Part shown: in pieces, positions 41,732 to 52,394 of the stretch
Layout of the letters: the number at the start of each line of letters is the position of its first letter
How positions within the stretch are numbered: position 1 is the stretch's first letter
Source of the DNA: a virus
DNA length: 64,000 bases
IMG/VR virus record: IMGVR_UViG_3300027747_003046
Span: 1-64,000 of that record
Direction: 5' to 3' (one strand)
Program-made: the position numbers and the translations under genes
The notes under the pieces: generated by a model
What the model was told of the DNA's origin: nothing
Databases searched by the model: none
Seen by the model: only the letters and a program-made list of their open reading frames with translations

Positions 41732-43244
41732 GAAAACCAAGCTATTAGTAATAAGTGATCATCCGTTGACCTGAAGGTTATTTAGCGGATGTAAAATCGG
41801 GTGAATTGCTGGAAACTCTTGAAGATTTATATACTACAGCATAGTTGGAAACGACAAGTGCGAAAGTCAAAAAATACAAATCATAAGACAATCAGCAGCC
41901 AAGCATCTGTCCGGAAACGGTGATGAAGGTTCAGAGACTACGGTTAGCCTAACATATCTTTTTGATATTATGGTGATGATCCGACAGCGCCCGACTCGTT
42001 TAAACGATGATGATATAGTCCAAAATACTACTATGTGGTATAATGTAAGTCCTTCTGGTGTCGGCACTCAGACGAAATATATGATTGATCATCTCCATAA
42101 GACAGGTAAATACCAATTTGTTTGTTTGGGTGGTGCTGTAAAGCATCATGATTACCGTCCACAGAAATTTGATGTATACGGTGACGATTTGCTCGTTATT
42201 CCAGTCGATGGATATGGAACACCCGATATAATTCGTGCTGTATTGCGAGATCATAAACCAGACGCACTTTGGTTTATGACAGATCCACGCTTCTATGATT
42301 GGCTTTGGGATATGGAAGATGAAATACGTAATAAGATTCCATTAATCTATTATCACGTATGGGACAACTATCCATATCCAAAATTTAATAAACCATTCTA
42401 TGATTCAAATGACGTAATTGCTACAATTTCTAAACTAACTGACGACATTGTTAAAACAGTAGCTCCTACTGTTAAGTCAGTTTATCTTCCACACAGTGTG
42501 GACATGAAAGCGTTTAGCAAATTACCACAGCTAGATATTGATCGTATTCGTAAACAGCACTTTGGCGATAAGTTCCTTGTATTCTGGAATTCAAGAAACG
42601 CTAGACGTAAAATGTCCGGTTCAGTTGTTTGGTGGTTCAAAGACTTTCTGGATATTGTTGGTAAAGACAAAGCTTGCCTCCTAATGCACACTGATCCAAA
42701 AGATGGTCACGGACAAGATCTGGAAGCAATTATCGTAGAGCTTGGATTGACAAATGGTGAAGTTAAATTCTCAAAGAATCGTTCACCAATCCAAGAAATG
42801 GTTGCGATGTATAATGCTGCTGATGTTACAGTTTGTATCTCAGACGCAGAAGGTTTCGGTCTAAGTTGTCTTGAATCACTTGCCTGCGAAACACCTGTAA
42901 TTGCTAATATGACAGGCGGCTTACAAGAGCAAGTATTCAACGGGCAGGAGTATTTCGGGGTTGGCATCAAACCAGCGTCAAAAGCCGTTATAGGCTCTCA
43001 GCAGGTGCCTTATATCTATGAAGATCGCGTCTCAAAAGAAGACTTCGTTGGTGCTCTTGTAAAGATGTATCAAATGAGTAAAGAAGAACGCGCAGAACTT
43101 GGTAGAAAAGGCCGTCAACACCTTGTAGAAAATTATAATCCAGATATACTATTGCCAAAGTGGGATGAGCTAATTCAAGAAGCCGTTCAGCCCGGTGTTT
43201 GGGAAAATAGAAAATATAATCGTTGGGCTTTGAAAACACTTTGA
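41724..43244 (+). CDS. GT4 glycosyltransferase, intron-split (exons 41724-41766 and 42046-43244; 413 aa)
   Basis: spliced N-terminus MSKKTKLLVISDHPLSPSGVGTQ; RNARRK, EGFGL..LE. Confidence 0.9.
41767..42045 (+). ncRNA. group I self-splicing intron (279 nt, no ORF)
   Basis: P1 CATCCGT/GCGGATG with U-G, P AATTGCTGGAAA, Q AATCAGCAG, R GTTCAGAGACTA, S GATATAGTCC, P3, terminal G, P10. Confidence 0.93.
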
Positions 43245-43255
43245 TTGGAGATAAG

Positions 43256-45265
43256 ATGAAAAAGAAAGTTATCGTAAGAGGACCAGCTTTAAGTCGTAGT
43301 GGTTATGGAGAAATGGCTCGTTTAGCCCTCCAATCATTAAGAAAGTATCCAGAACATTTTGATGTTGTCTTGCTCTGTACAAATTGGGGCAGAACAGGAA
43401 ATCTTTTGGATAATTCGGAGGAAGTCCAATCAATCAACAAATTGATTGTTGATTCACAACAAAGAATTCAAGCAAAAGAGCAGTTTGACATTTCTATTCA
43501 AATCAGTATTCCAAATGAGTTTGAAAGAATGGCGCCAATAAATATTGGCTATACAGCTGGTATTGAAACAACGAAAGTATCTCCTCAATGGATCGACAAA
43601 GCTCAATTGATGGACAAGATTATTGTTATTTCAGAACACTCAAAGCAAGTATTTAATGATACTGTTTATCAGGCTGTTAATCAGGCAACAAAACAGCAGT
43701 TTGAGTTTAAGAACACAAAACCAATCGATGTAGTCGGTTTCCCTGTAAAGAAATTGATTCCAGCGGTATTGGATTTGGATTTGCCTTGTGACTTTAACTT
43801 CTTGACCGTAGCACAATGGGGACCACGTAAGAATCTAGAAGCAACAGTTGCTGCATTCGTTGAAGAATTCAAGAACGAAGAAATTGGTCTTGTTATAAAA
43901 ACAAATACAGTAAAAAACTGTGTTATGGATAGAACACTAACAGAAATGAGATTAACAAATTTGTTGAATACTCTACCAAAAGATAGAAAGTGTAAGGTTC
44001 ATCTACTTCACGGTAATATGACCGATGAAGAAATGGCAGCTCTTTATGTTCATCCTAAAATCAAAGCCTTCGTAAGCACAACACACGGTGAAGGCTTTGG
44101 CATTCCGCTGTTTGAGGCAGCCTCTGCTGGATTGCCGGTTGCCGCTCCATTCTGGAGTGGCCAGACGGACTTCTTGAAGGCCCCAAAGAAAGATAAGGAT
44201 AGCGGAAAGATTCGTCTGCGCTCACACTGTGTTAAGATTGATTTTGAATTAAAACAGGTTCAAAAAGAAGCAGTATGGAATGGTGTTATTCAGGAAGATT
44301 CAAAATGGGCTTTTGTGAAGCCACATTCTGTTCGTATTGCTATGCGAGAAATGGTTAAGAATCTTCCACCACAAGTATCCGTCGCAAGGAAGTTACAAGA
44401 ACATGTTCTTAAAACATTCACAGAAGAAGCTGTATTAAAACAATTTGCTGAAAGTGTTTGGGGTGGTCAAATACAGACTTTAAAAAAGATCGAGATTAGT
44501 GATCTACCTAAGATAAGCATTATAACATCGGTATTCAAAGGAGACGAATTCATTCGTCCATTTTTGGAAGACATTACACGTCAAACCATCTTTAAGAATA
44601 AGTGCGAATTAATTCTTATTAATCCAAACTCTCCAGGAAACGAAGAAGAAGTTATCAAGGAATACTTAGAAAAGTTCCCACAAAACATTGTCTATAAGAA
44701 GCTAGAAAATGACCCTGGAATTTATGCTTGCTGGAATATTGCTGCCAAATTAGCAACTGGCGAGTTATTGACTAATGCCAATTTAGATGATCGAAAAGCA
44801 CCTGATGCGCTGGAAATCTTAGCAAAAGAGTTAACAGGCAGAGAAGATATAGATGTAGCATATGCTGATAACTTGATAACAAATCAGCCAAATGAAACGT
44901 TTGAAAACAATACTGCTAACTCGCTGTATCCAAGTGAAAATTTCAGTGCCGAAGCAATGTTAAGAGGAAATCCACCACATTGTATGCCAATGTGGCGTAA
45001 ATCACTTCATGATAAATTGGGATATTTTGAAGAGAAGTATCGTAGCGCCAGTGATTGGGAGTTTTGGCTACGTTGCACTGTAGCAAATATTAAAATGAGC
45101 AAAATCAACAAAACACTTGGTCTGTATTACTTTAATCCAAAAGGAATGAGCACAAACGAAGAGCATAATTCTTGGAAACACGAAGAAGAGAGAGAAATCT
45201 TTAAAAATTACGTAAAAAATATTAAAAACAAAAATTTAAACTCTGATATGGGCATTATTCTATGA
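43256..45265 (+). CDS. GT4 + GT2 fusion glycosyltransferase
   Basis: SRSGYG, PRKN, GEGFGIPLFEA; then ISIITSVF, ANLDD, SDWEFWLR. Confidence 0.9.
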   Translation: MKKKVIVRGPALSRSGYGEMARLALQSLRKYPEHFDVVLLCTNWGRTGNLLDNSEEVQSINKLIVDSQQRIQAKEQFDISIQISIPNEFERMAPINIGYTAGIETTKVSPQWIDKAQLMDKIIVISEHSKQVFNDTVYQAVNQATKQQFEFKNTKPIDVVGFPVKKLIPAVLDLDLPCDFNFLTVAQWGPRKNLEATVAAFVEEFKNEEIGLVIKTNTVKNCVMDRTLTEMRLTNLLNTLPKDRKCKVHLLHGNMTDEEMAALYVHPKIKAFVSTTHGEGFGIPLFEAASAGLPVAAPFWSGQTDFLKAPKKDKDSGKIRLRSHCVKIDFELKQVQKEAVWNGVIQEDSKWAFVKPHSVRIAMREMVKNLPPQVSVARKLQEHVLKTFTEEAVLKQFAESVWGGQIQTLKKIEISDLPKISIITSVFKGDEFIRPFLEDITRQTIFKNKCELILINPNSPGNEEEVIKEYLEKFPQNIVYKKLENDPGIYACWNIAAKLATGELLTNANLDDRKAPDALEILAKELTGREDIDVAYADNLITNQPNETFENNTANSLYPSENFSAEAMLRGNPPHCMPMWRKSLHDKLGYFEEKYRSASDWEFWLRCTVANIKMSKINKTLGLYYFNPKGMSTNEEHNSWKHEEEREIFKNYVKNIKNKNLNSDMGIIL

Positions 45266-46077
45266 AAAATTTACCAGTTTGTTCTGTTGTCACAGAAAAA
45301 ACGATTGATGAATTTGAATTATTAAAAACTAGTATTGAGCAGTATCATGATTGCATCTGGTTTTTATCTTGTGATGATGTAACATATAAAAAGTATAATA
45401 ATACTAAAAACATAGTATTATTGAAACTTATTGAAACAGATGATTGCGACCATAACACTGGATCACCACAACAAAAAGATGTTTGGATGCGAGTAATGAT
45501 GACAAAATTTGATGCAGTAAATGAAGCAATAAAGAATTTTGGTCATGCACTTTTCTTGGATTCTGATATGATATTTGTTAATGAGATAGAAAAAAGTGTT
45601 TTAAATTTATTTGAAAATAAGGATGTTGATGCCCTTATTTGCCAACATATGACCAATAATTGGCCAGTAGAAGCACAACATGGGCTTTACAATGCTGGCA
45701 TGTTTCATATAAAAAATGTTGAATTTTTGAATCAATGGGCCGCTCTTTCAAGAGACTATAAAAAGCATAACTTTTATTTTGAACAGCAACCACTTGAGTA
45801 TGTTCAAAGAAATTTTCTATCTCTGAATTTGCCGATTAATTACAATATTGGTTGGTGGAGATTTAATAATCCATCAACACGCTCAAGATTGGACTTGCTT
45901 GATGTTTTGGAAGATAAAATAACTTTTGGAAAATTACCAGCAATTAATTTTCACGTCCATACGTTTAAAAAAAATAATTATGAAAATTTTGGAAAGTTTC
46001 TAGTAGATAAAATGATTGAGCTGTTTAAGCAGACAAATAATGATAACTATAAAAAACTTGTAAATTTAATGACTTGA
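45262..46077 (+). CDS. GT-A fold nucleotide-diphospho-sugar transferase
   Basis: LFLDSD, YNAG, FEQQPL. Confidence 0.75.
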   Translation: MKNLPVCSVVTEKTIDEFELLKTSIEQYHDCIWFLSCDDVTYKKYNNTKNIVLLKLIETDDCDHNTGSPQQKDVWMRVMMTKFDAVNEAIKNFGHALFLDSDMIFVNEIEKSVLNLFENKDVDALICQHMTNNWPVEAQHGLYNAGMFHIKNVEFLNQWAALSRDYKKHNFYFEQQPLEYVQRNFLSLNLPINYNIGWWRFNNPSTRSRLDLLDVLEDKITFGKLPAINFHVHTFKKNNYENFGKFLVDKMIELFKQTNNDNYKKLVNLMT

Positions 46078-46104
46078 TGAATTAGAAAAATTCCGGAGCG
46101 TATA

Positions 46105-46983
46105 ATGATAAAGAGTTTTTTTGAAGAAATATTTCCATATGAAAAGTTTCCCGTGGAATATCTCAGTTATAGGCAGCTAGTTGAATCACAGCCTCAAATT
46201 AATTATTTGGCTATACCATGGGCTCAGATACTTAACAGTACATGGTTAGATTTTCCAAACAAGAAAAATATTAATTTTTATTTTTCTGAATTATTAAAAA
46301 TCAACATAGAACAACAAAATAATACAACAGTTTGTCAACATGATGATTATATGAAACTGCTTCCTTTTTTTAGGCATCTAAAAATAAATACAGTTTTTTC
46401 TCCACTGCATGATATCAATAATAAAATAGATGATATTAGAATTATTCCCATATCATTGACAAATAATTTTCATTTCAACAAAAACACCAATAAAGATATT
46501 TTATTTTCTTTTGTAGGTACACATATAACACACGATGTTAGACTTAAGATGTTTAATATGGTAAAAGGACCATATATGATTTATAGAAATACTTATCATG
46601 TCGATAGTGGTGTTTTAAAAGACAAAAATCATAAATTAAAAGAAGAAACAGAGTATAAAGACATATTAGAAAGAAGCAGATTTTCTCTATGTCCAAGAGG
46701 AAGTTCGCCATCATCTGTTAGATTTTGGGAATGTCTTGCTGCTGGCTCTATTCCAATAGTAATATCAGATAACTGGGTATTGCCAGATTGGGATTGGAAA
46801 AAAACTATTATTCAAATACCAGAGCAAGAATTTCAAAAAATGGATTATAACGATATTAAGTCTTTTCTACTAGATATTGATTATGACAAGCAAATAGAAA
46901 TGAGAACGAATTGTCTCAAGGCTAATGAGAAATTTAAAAAAGAAAATTACGGCTCATACATAGTAGAAAGCCTTAATATATGA
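46105..46983 (+). CDS. exostosin-family (GT47) glycosyltransferase
   Basis: FSFVG, SRFSLCPRG, RFWECLAAGSIPIVISD. Confidence 0.85.
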   Translation: MIKSFFEEIFPYEKFPVEYLSYRQLVESQPQINYLAIPWAQILNSTWLDFPNKKNINFYFSELLKINIEQQNNTTVCQHDDYMKLLPFFRHLKINTVFSPLHDINNKIDDIRIIPISLTNNFHFNKNTNKDILFSFVGTHITHDVRLKMFNMVKGPYMIYRNTYHVDSGVLKDKNHKLKEETEYKDILERSRFSLCPRGSSPSSVRFWECLAAGSIPIVISDNWVLPDWDWKKTIIQIPEQEFQKMDYNDIKSFLLDIDYDKQIEMRTNCLKANEKFKKENYGSYIVESLNI

Positions 46984-47780
46984 AAAATTATTGCACAATT
47001 CAAAGTTGGTACGGCCGATTTGGTAACAATATTCAGCAAATATCAAATGGTATTTTTTTTGCATTGCAAAATAGAATTGGTTTTGTTTCACCACAGCATC
47101 CACTAATAAACGGCTTTCAATTAAATGTCACAGAGCCAGAAAATTGCGTATTTAGATCAAATTTTTTTAATTTTATTTCATGTTCCAATAACGATTGGAC
47201 TCTAGACTTTAAGTGTGATGTTAAAACATTAAATGAAATAAGACACAAAATAGTAAAAAATATTATACAGCCAAATTTAAAAATAAATGTTGCTGATATA
47301 AAAAGTCTTGATGATGATGTTTTAGTTATACATATAAGAACTGGTGATATATTTTCCCCAAATCCACACAGATTGTATGTGCAAAACCCAGTAGATTTTT
47401 ACAAAAAATTAATTAACAAATTTTCACAAACTGTTATAGTTTGTGAAAATACGAATTTCATAATAGAAGAACTTTGTAAGAACGATACAGTAACAGTATC
47501 TAGTGGAAATTTGGAGCAAGACTTAGTTACACTTTTATCAGCAAAAAACTTAGCTAGTAGTGGTGTTGGTACATTTGTTATTGCTGCTGGTATGTTGTCA
47601 AATAATTTAAAAAATTTTTATTGTACAAACATTTATTTGGAAGACCACTTAAACCCGAATATGTTAGATCCACAAATAAACATCAATATATCGCAAATTA
47701 CAGATTATATTAATATTGGAGATTGGCGTAATACACAAGAACAGCAATCATTGATGCTAAATTATAAATTGGAGAATTAA
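46980..47780 (+). CDS. alpha-1,2-fucosyltransferase-like (GT11-like)
   Basis: GRFGNNIQQ, IHIRTGD, GTF. Confidence 0.75.
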   Translation: MKNYCTIQSWYGRFGNNIQQISNGIFFALQNRIGFVSPQHPLINGFQLNVTEPENCVFRSNFFNFISCSNNDWTLDFKCDVKTLNEIRHKIVKNIIQPNLKINVADIKSLDDDVLVIHIRTGDIFSPNPHRLYVQNPVDFYKKLINKFSQTVIVCENTNFIIEELCKNDTVTVSSGNLEQDLVTLLSAKNLASSGVGTFVIAAGMLSNNLKNFYCTNIYLEDHLNPNMLDPQININISQITDYINIGDWRNTQEQQSLMLNYKLEN

Positions 47781-48412
47781 TGTTAATTAACTATAGCGAT
47801 ATTATTGAAAAATATAATTTAAACATTAAAACAGTATTACACGTCGGCGCCCACATGGCAGAAGAGCATGATATATATTTTAGTAATTCTTGCCAAAAAG
47901 TTATTTGGGTTGAAGGAAATCCAGAACTATATGAATCTTTAAAACAAAATCTAGACAATAGAAACAATATTGTTTTACATGCTGTTATTTCTAATCTAGA
48001 TGATGAAGAAGCTGATTTTATAATAACAAACAACAAGCAATCATCTTCTATTTTAAATTTAGGTGTACATAGGAAACTGTTTCCCGATATTGTACTAGAA
48101 TCATTTACAACAGTAAAAACTAAAACATTAAAAACCTTATTTTTAGAAAATAATCTAAGTTTTAAAGAAGTTGATTTTCTAAATTTAGATATTCAAGGTG
48201 CCGAGCTTTTAGCACTAAAGGGAATTGGCGAAGAACTCAGTAATTTAAAAGCTATTTTTACAGAAGTAAATACTGATTACGTATATGAAGATTGTGCTTT
48301 AATCACGGAAATCGATGAGTATTTATCAAATTTTGGTTTCAAAAGAACTGAAACGGTAATGTGGCAAGATCATCCATGGGGCGATGCTTTGTATATAAAA
48401 GAGGAAACTTAA
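47780..48412 (+). CDS. FkbM-family methyltransferase
   Basis: LHVGAH, LNLDIQGAEL, TEVN, WGDALY. Confidence 0.9.
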   Translation: MLINYSDIIEKYNLNIKTVLHVGAHMAEEHDIYFSNSCQKVIWVEGNPELYESLKQNLDNRNNIVLHAVISNLDDEEADFIITNNKQSSSILNLGVHRKLFPDIVLESFTTVKTKTLKTLFLENNLSFKEVDFLNLDIQGAELLALKGIGEELSNLKAIFTEVNTDYVYEDCALITEIDEYLSNFGFKRTETVMWQDHPWGDALYIKEET

Positions 48413-48415
48413 TCT

Positions 48416-49342
48416 ATGATTATAGTCACTGGTGGTTCTGGCCTTTTAGGAAACGCTTTCAGAAAGATTCGGTCTGACGCATTATATCCTTCAAGTAAAG
48501 AACTTGATTTAAAAAATGAAAAAGATGTTGCGGAGTATCTGGGAACTTCAAATATAGAAACCGTTGTTCATTTGGCTGGTAAAGTCGGCGGCGTGAAAGC
48601 AAACACAGAATTCGTCTCTGATTTTTATCAAGTTAATTCACAGATTAATAATAACGTTATTTCTTCTTGTGTTTCTAGCGGTGTACCAAAACTGGTTTGC
48701 TGTTTATCAACTTGCATATATCCAGATGAAAAATACATTGAGTATCCATTAACAGAAGATCAGTTGCATAATGGTCCTCCACACAGTTCTAACTTTGGAT
48801 ACGCATATGCCAAACGAATGGTTGATGTGCAGCTAAAAGCTGCTAGACAGCAATACGGACGTGAATATATCTCTGTTATTCCAAATAATATGTATGGAGA
48901 ACACGATAATTTTGATTTAGAAAATGGGCATGTAATTCCTGCACTCATTCGAAAGATTTGGGAAGCAAAAATAAATAATAAGCCAAATTTTACTGTTTGG
49001 GGAGACGGAGAGATTTTTAGAGAATTTACATATGCCGAAGATATTGCAAAAGCAATATTATTTTGCTTAGAAAATTACAATGATCCAGAGCCAATTAATA
49101 TTGGAAATACACAAGAATATAGTTTAAAAGAAGCGATAGAAATAATCAAAAAAGAACTTGACTACAAAGGAGACATAATATGTGATACTTCAAAGCCAAA
49201 AGGTCAAGTGCGAAAACCATCATCAAATCAGAAATTGCTGAATTTGGGATGGAAAAATGAGTGGTATACGCCATTAGAAATTGGCTTAAAAAAGACCTGT
49301 GAATGGTTTATAAACAACTATCCAAATGTACGAGGAATGTGA
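48416..49342 (+). CDS. fcl: GDP-L-fucose synthase
   Basis: TGGSGLLG, HLAGKVGG, STCIYP, YAYAK, NMYG.HDNF, HVIPALI. Confidence 0.93.
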   Translation: MIIVTGGSGLLGNAFRKIRSDALYPSSKELDLKNEKDVAEYLGTSNIETVVHLAGKVGGVKANTEFVSDFYQVNSQINNNVISSCVSSGVPKLVCCLSTCIYPDEKYIEYPLTEDQLHNGPPHSSNFGYAYAKRMVDVQLKAARQQYGREYISVIPNNMYGEHDNFDLENGHVIPALIRKIWEAKINNKPNFTVWGDGEIFREFTYAEDIAKAILFCLENYNDPEPINIGNTQEYSLKEAIEIIKKELDYKGDIICDTSKPKGQVRKPSSNQKLLNLGWKNEWYTPLEIGLKKTCEWFINNYPNVRGM

Positions 49343-50320
49343 ATGAAAACTGCTTTAATTACTGGAGTTAATGGACAGGACGGCTCCTATCTTGCGGATC
49401 TTCTTTTATCAAAGAAGTATAAAGTTATTGGACTTTTAAGATATACTGCATCGAATGATGATGGTAAATTGGCCAATATACGTCATAACTTAGATAATCC
49501 TAATTTTATATTAGAAACTGGCGATGTAACAGATATGTCTGCAATTTGGAGGCTTATTGAAAAATATCATCCAAATGAAATCTATAATCTAGCAGCACAA
49601 TCACATGTAGGCGAATCTTACCGTTCACCTATTAGTACAGCACAGATTGATGCATTTGGTCCACTGAACATCTTAGAAGCAATTCGTTGCACCGATAAAA
49701 GTATTCGTTTTTATCAGGCATCAACATCAGAAATGTATGGAGATACACCAGGACCACAGAATGAAGAAACACTATTTTCTCCTATTTCTCCATATGCTTG
49801 TGCAAAAGTATTTGCACACAATCTAACAGCAACATACCGTAAATCATATGATATGTTTGCTTGTTCTGGTATTCTTTTCAATCATGAATCACCACGCCGT
49901 GGTGAACATTTCGTAACTCGCAAGATTACCAAAGCAGCAGCAAATATTCTAGCCGGTAAACAAGATAGGCTTGAATTGGGACGTATTGATACCAAACGTG
50001 ATTGGGGTTTTGCCGGTGATTATGTAGAAGCAATGTGGTTAATGCTTCAGAATAACGAACCAAGAGATTATGTAATTGGTACAGGACAGACAAACACTGT
50101 TAAAGATTTTGTTAATGAAGTATTTTCATTGGCCGGATTAGATCCAGAGAAACAAATGCTTTCAACTGAGGCACTATATCGTCCACACGATGTTGCTTTT
50201 CTGTTGGCAGATCCAACCAAAGCCGAAAGCGAGCTAGGCTGGAAAAGAAAAGTTGATTTTAAACAATTAGCTAAAATGATGTTTGAGCACGATTTAAAAG
50301 TATTTGGTGATAAAAAATGA
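49343..50320 (+). CDS. gmd: GDP-mannose 4,6-dehydratase
   Basis: TGVNGQDGSYLA, NLAAQSHV, YQASTSE, SPYACAK, ILFNHESPRRG. Confidence 0.96.
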   Translation: MKTALITGVNGQDGSYLADLLLSKKYKVIGLLRYTASNDDGKLANIRHNLDNPNFILETGDVTDMSAIWRLIEKYHPNEIYNLAAQSHVGESYRSPISTAQIDAFGPLNILEAIRCTDKSIRFYQASTSEMYGDTPGPQNEETLFSPISPYACAKVFAHNLTATYRKSYDMFACSGILFNHESPRRGEHFVTRKITKAAANILAGKQDRLELGRIDTKRDWGFAGDYVEAMWLMLQNNEPRDYVIGTGQTNTVKDFVNEVFSLAGLDPEKQMLSTEALYRPHDVAFLLADPTKAESELGWKRKVDFKQLAKMMFEHDLKVFGDKK

Positions 50321-50904
50321 AATATTTTATTGATTGTGGAACACATCTATTTCAAGGTTTAAAACAATTTAATCAAAAATATCAATTTGATGACAGTTGG
50401 AAGATATACACTTTTGAGGCAAATCCAAGAACTTTTGAAAAATCTAAAAACTTTTTAAATGATGGGCTTGAAAAATTAGATATTACTCACCAAAATTTGG
50501 CTGTTTCAGATCATGACGGAGAAATTGTTGTCAACTGTGATTCGAACAACGACGGCGGTACTGGTCAAGGATCTAATATTCTTTTAACACCACCAGAAAA
50601 AGATATTGTCCATATTCACACTTTTACTTGGGAAAAAGAAAAGACAAATTGTTTCGATCTATCTGCTTTTATAAAACAGTTACCAGATATTGAAAAACTG
50701 GTTATTAAAATGGACATTGAAGGCTCAGAATTCGATGTTTTAAAAAAAATTATAGCAGATAACACATACGAAGAGATCGATGAGATGTATGTAGAATTTC
50801 ATGAAAGATTCTTTTTAAATAATCTAAAAGAATATGCAGATTTAAAGCAAGAATTGATTAACTTTTTTCTTAATAATGAAGTAAGAATGGTTGAATGGTT
50901 TTAA
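50317..50904 (+). CDS. FkbM-family methyltransferase
   Basis: FIDCGTH, FEANP, KMDIEGSE, VEFH. Confidence 0.88.
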   Translation: MKYFIDCGTHLFQGLKQFNQKYQFDDSWKIYTFEANPRTFEKSKNFLNDGLEKLDITHQNLAVSDHDGEIVVNCDSNNDGGTGQGSNILLTPPEKDIVHIHTFTWEKEKTNCFDLSAFIKQLPDIEKLVIKMDIEGSEFDVLKKIIADNTYEEIDEMYVEFHERFFLNNLKEYADLKQELINFFLNNEVRMVEWF

Positions 50905-50919
50905 GATTGAGGAGATAAA

Positions 50920-51102
50920 ATGAAACTATCAAAACAAGCACTTGGTTCACTTATGATGGCTCTACAAAAGAGTCTATTAGAACAGACAGATATTGTTCCA
51001 GTATTGGAAGAAATGGATTGGGAAAGCTTTAACGATGAACTGTTTGTTAAAAACCCACCATCATTCGAAATGTCACAACAAAGTGAACACGAAGTAGACT
51101 GA
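50920..51102 (+). CDS. hypothetical protein
   Basis: GAGGAG RBS. Confidence 0.7.
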   Translation: MKLSKQALGSLMMALQKSLLEQTDIVPVLEEMDWESFNDELFVKNPPSFEMSQQSEHEVD

Positions 51103-51350
51103 TGCCAATATACACGTACAAATGTGGAGAGTGTGGAAACACTTTTGATACATTTCACGATATGAGCACACGCTTAACAGATTGCCAGAAATGTGAGAAA
51201 ATGGCAACACTTAAGCGTGTTCTCCATTCTTCAATTTCTGTATCAGAAAAAGACAATTCTGGTCAGCTAGTTAAAAAACATATTGAAGAAACAAAAGAAG
51301 CTCTTAAGGAAGAAGCTAGAAGCATAAAAAGGCAGGACTATAAAGGATGA
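51102..51350 (+). CDS. FmdB-like zinc-ribbon protein
   Basis: MPIYTYKCGECG..CQKC. Confidence 0.85.
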   Translation: MPIYTYKCGECGNTFDTFHDMSTRLTDCQKCEKMATLKRVLHSSISVSEKDNSGQLVKKHIEETKEALKEEARSIKRQDYKG

Positions 51351-51700
51351 TTATTTTATTATCGATTTTGCTAGTTGTATCTGTTGCTTTGACTGTAATA
51401 ACAACTTGGTACTGTTACAAGCTAGTAAAACGTTTTGCCGAAGTTGAAGACACATTTGAAATATATGATATGCAAATGGAAGAATTTACAGAGCACTTAA
51501 AACAAGTCTATGAACTAGAAATGTTTTATGGTGATACAACGCTTGAAGCTTTGATCAAACACACAAAATTTATTACCGAAGCATATTCAGATTTGAAACA
51601 GGATTATATGCTTTTAAGCGGAGAAGAAACTGATGCCACGTCCGAAGAAGAACAGCGGGAACCCAAACGATTCCAATTCGTCCCCACTCCACGTAATTAG
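51347..51700 (+). CDS. N-terminally membrane-anchored protein
   Basis: hydrophobic N-terminal helix, EMFYGDTTL. Confidence 0.7.
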   Translation: MIILLSILLVVSVALTVITTWYCYKLVKRFAEVEDTFEIYDMQMEEFTEHLKQVYELEMFYGDTTLEALIKHTKFITEAYSDLKQDYMLLSGEETDATSEEEQREPKRFQFVPTPRN

Positions 51701-52394
51701 AAGACAAACACAGGTCAGGACAACACAGGGAAAAATATACTTTTCCAAGGTTCACGAAGATGCTATTGTTCAATATGCGCAAACTCGTGACCCAAAAGTA
51801 AGACAAGACCTGTATGTCAAATTAATTGGACCAGTATTTAATGAAATGGTTGATAAAATCGTATTTACATACAAGTTTACAACTTTGCCAAATATAGACG
51901 ATTTAAAGAACGATTGTAAGATTTGGCTAACAACTATTCTAGATAAATTCGACCCAAGCAAGGGCTCAAAGGCATTTAGCTACTTCTCAGTTATCACTAA
52001 AAATTGGTTTATTCACAAGGTTAAGCGTAATTCTAACCAAACAAAACGTGAAGTTTATTTCGAAGATATCAAAAAAGAAAGCTCCGACGATCATCTTCTA
52101 ATACACAACTCATATGACGCAGATAGAAATAGCGAAGAGTTTTGGGATGCTCTTTGGGTTGAAATAAACGATTGGGAAGATGAAGATCTAAAACAAAATG
52201 ATGACAGAGTTCTACAAGCTGTCAAGATTTTACTAGAAAACCCTGATCGTATTGAGATATTCAATAAAAAAGCTATTTATCTTTATATACGCGAGATTAC
52301 AAACTTAAATACAAAACAGATCGCATCTAGTTTAAACCGTTTAAGAGATAGATACAAGGATTTCAAGCTCGGTTGGGAGAATGATATTGTATGA
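51633..52394 (+). CDS. phage sigma factor (T4 gp55-like late sigma)
   Basis: YFSKVHEDAI..LDKFDPSKGSKAFSYFSVITKN region-2-like motif. Confidence 0.75.
   Translation: MPRPKKNSGNPNDSNSSPLHVIRRQTQVRTTQGKIYFSKVHEDAIVQYAQTRDPKVRQDLYVKLIGPVFNEMVDKIVFTYKFTTLPNIDDLKNDCKIWLTTILDKFDPSKGSKAFSYFSVITKNWFIHKVKRNSNQTKREVYFEDIKKESSDDHLLIHNSYDADRNSEEFWDALWVEINDWEDEDLKQNDDRVLQAVKILLENPDRIEIFNKKAIYLYIREITNLNTKQIASSLNRLRDRYKDFKLGWENDIV

Noticed and set aside
41970-42045. ORF-track N-terminus MVMIRQRP... of the glycosyltransferase
   Set aside because: It is intron sequence; the true start is 41724 after splicing
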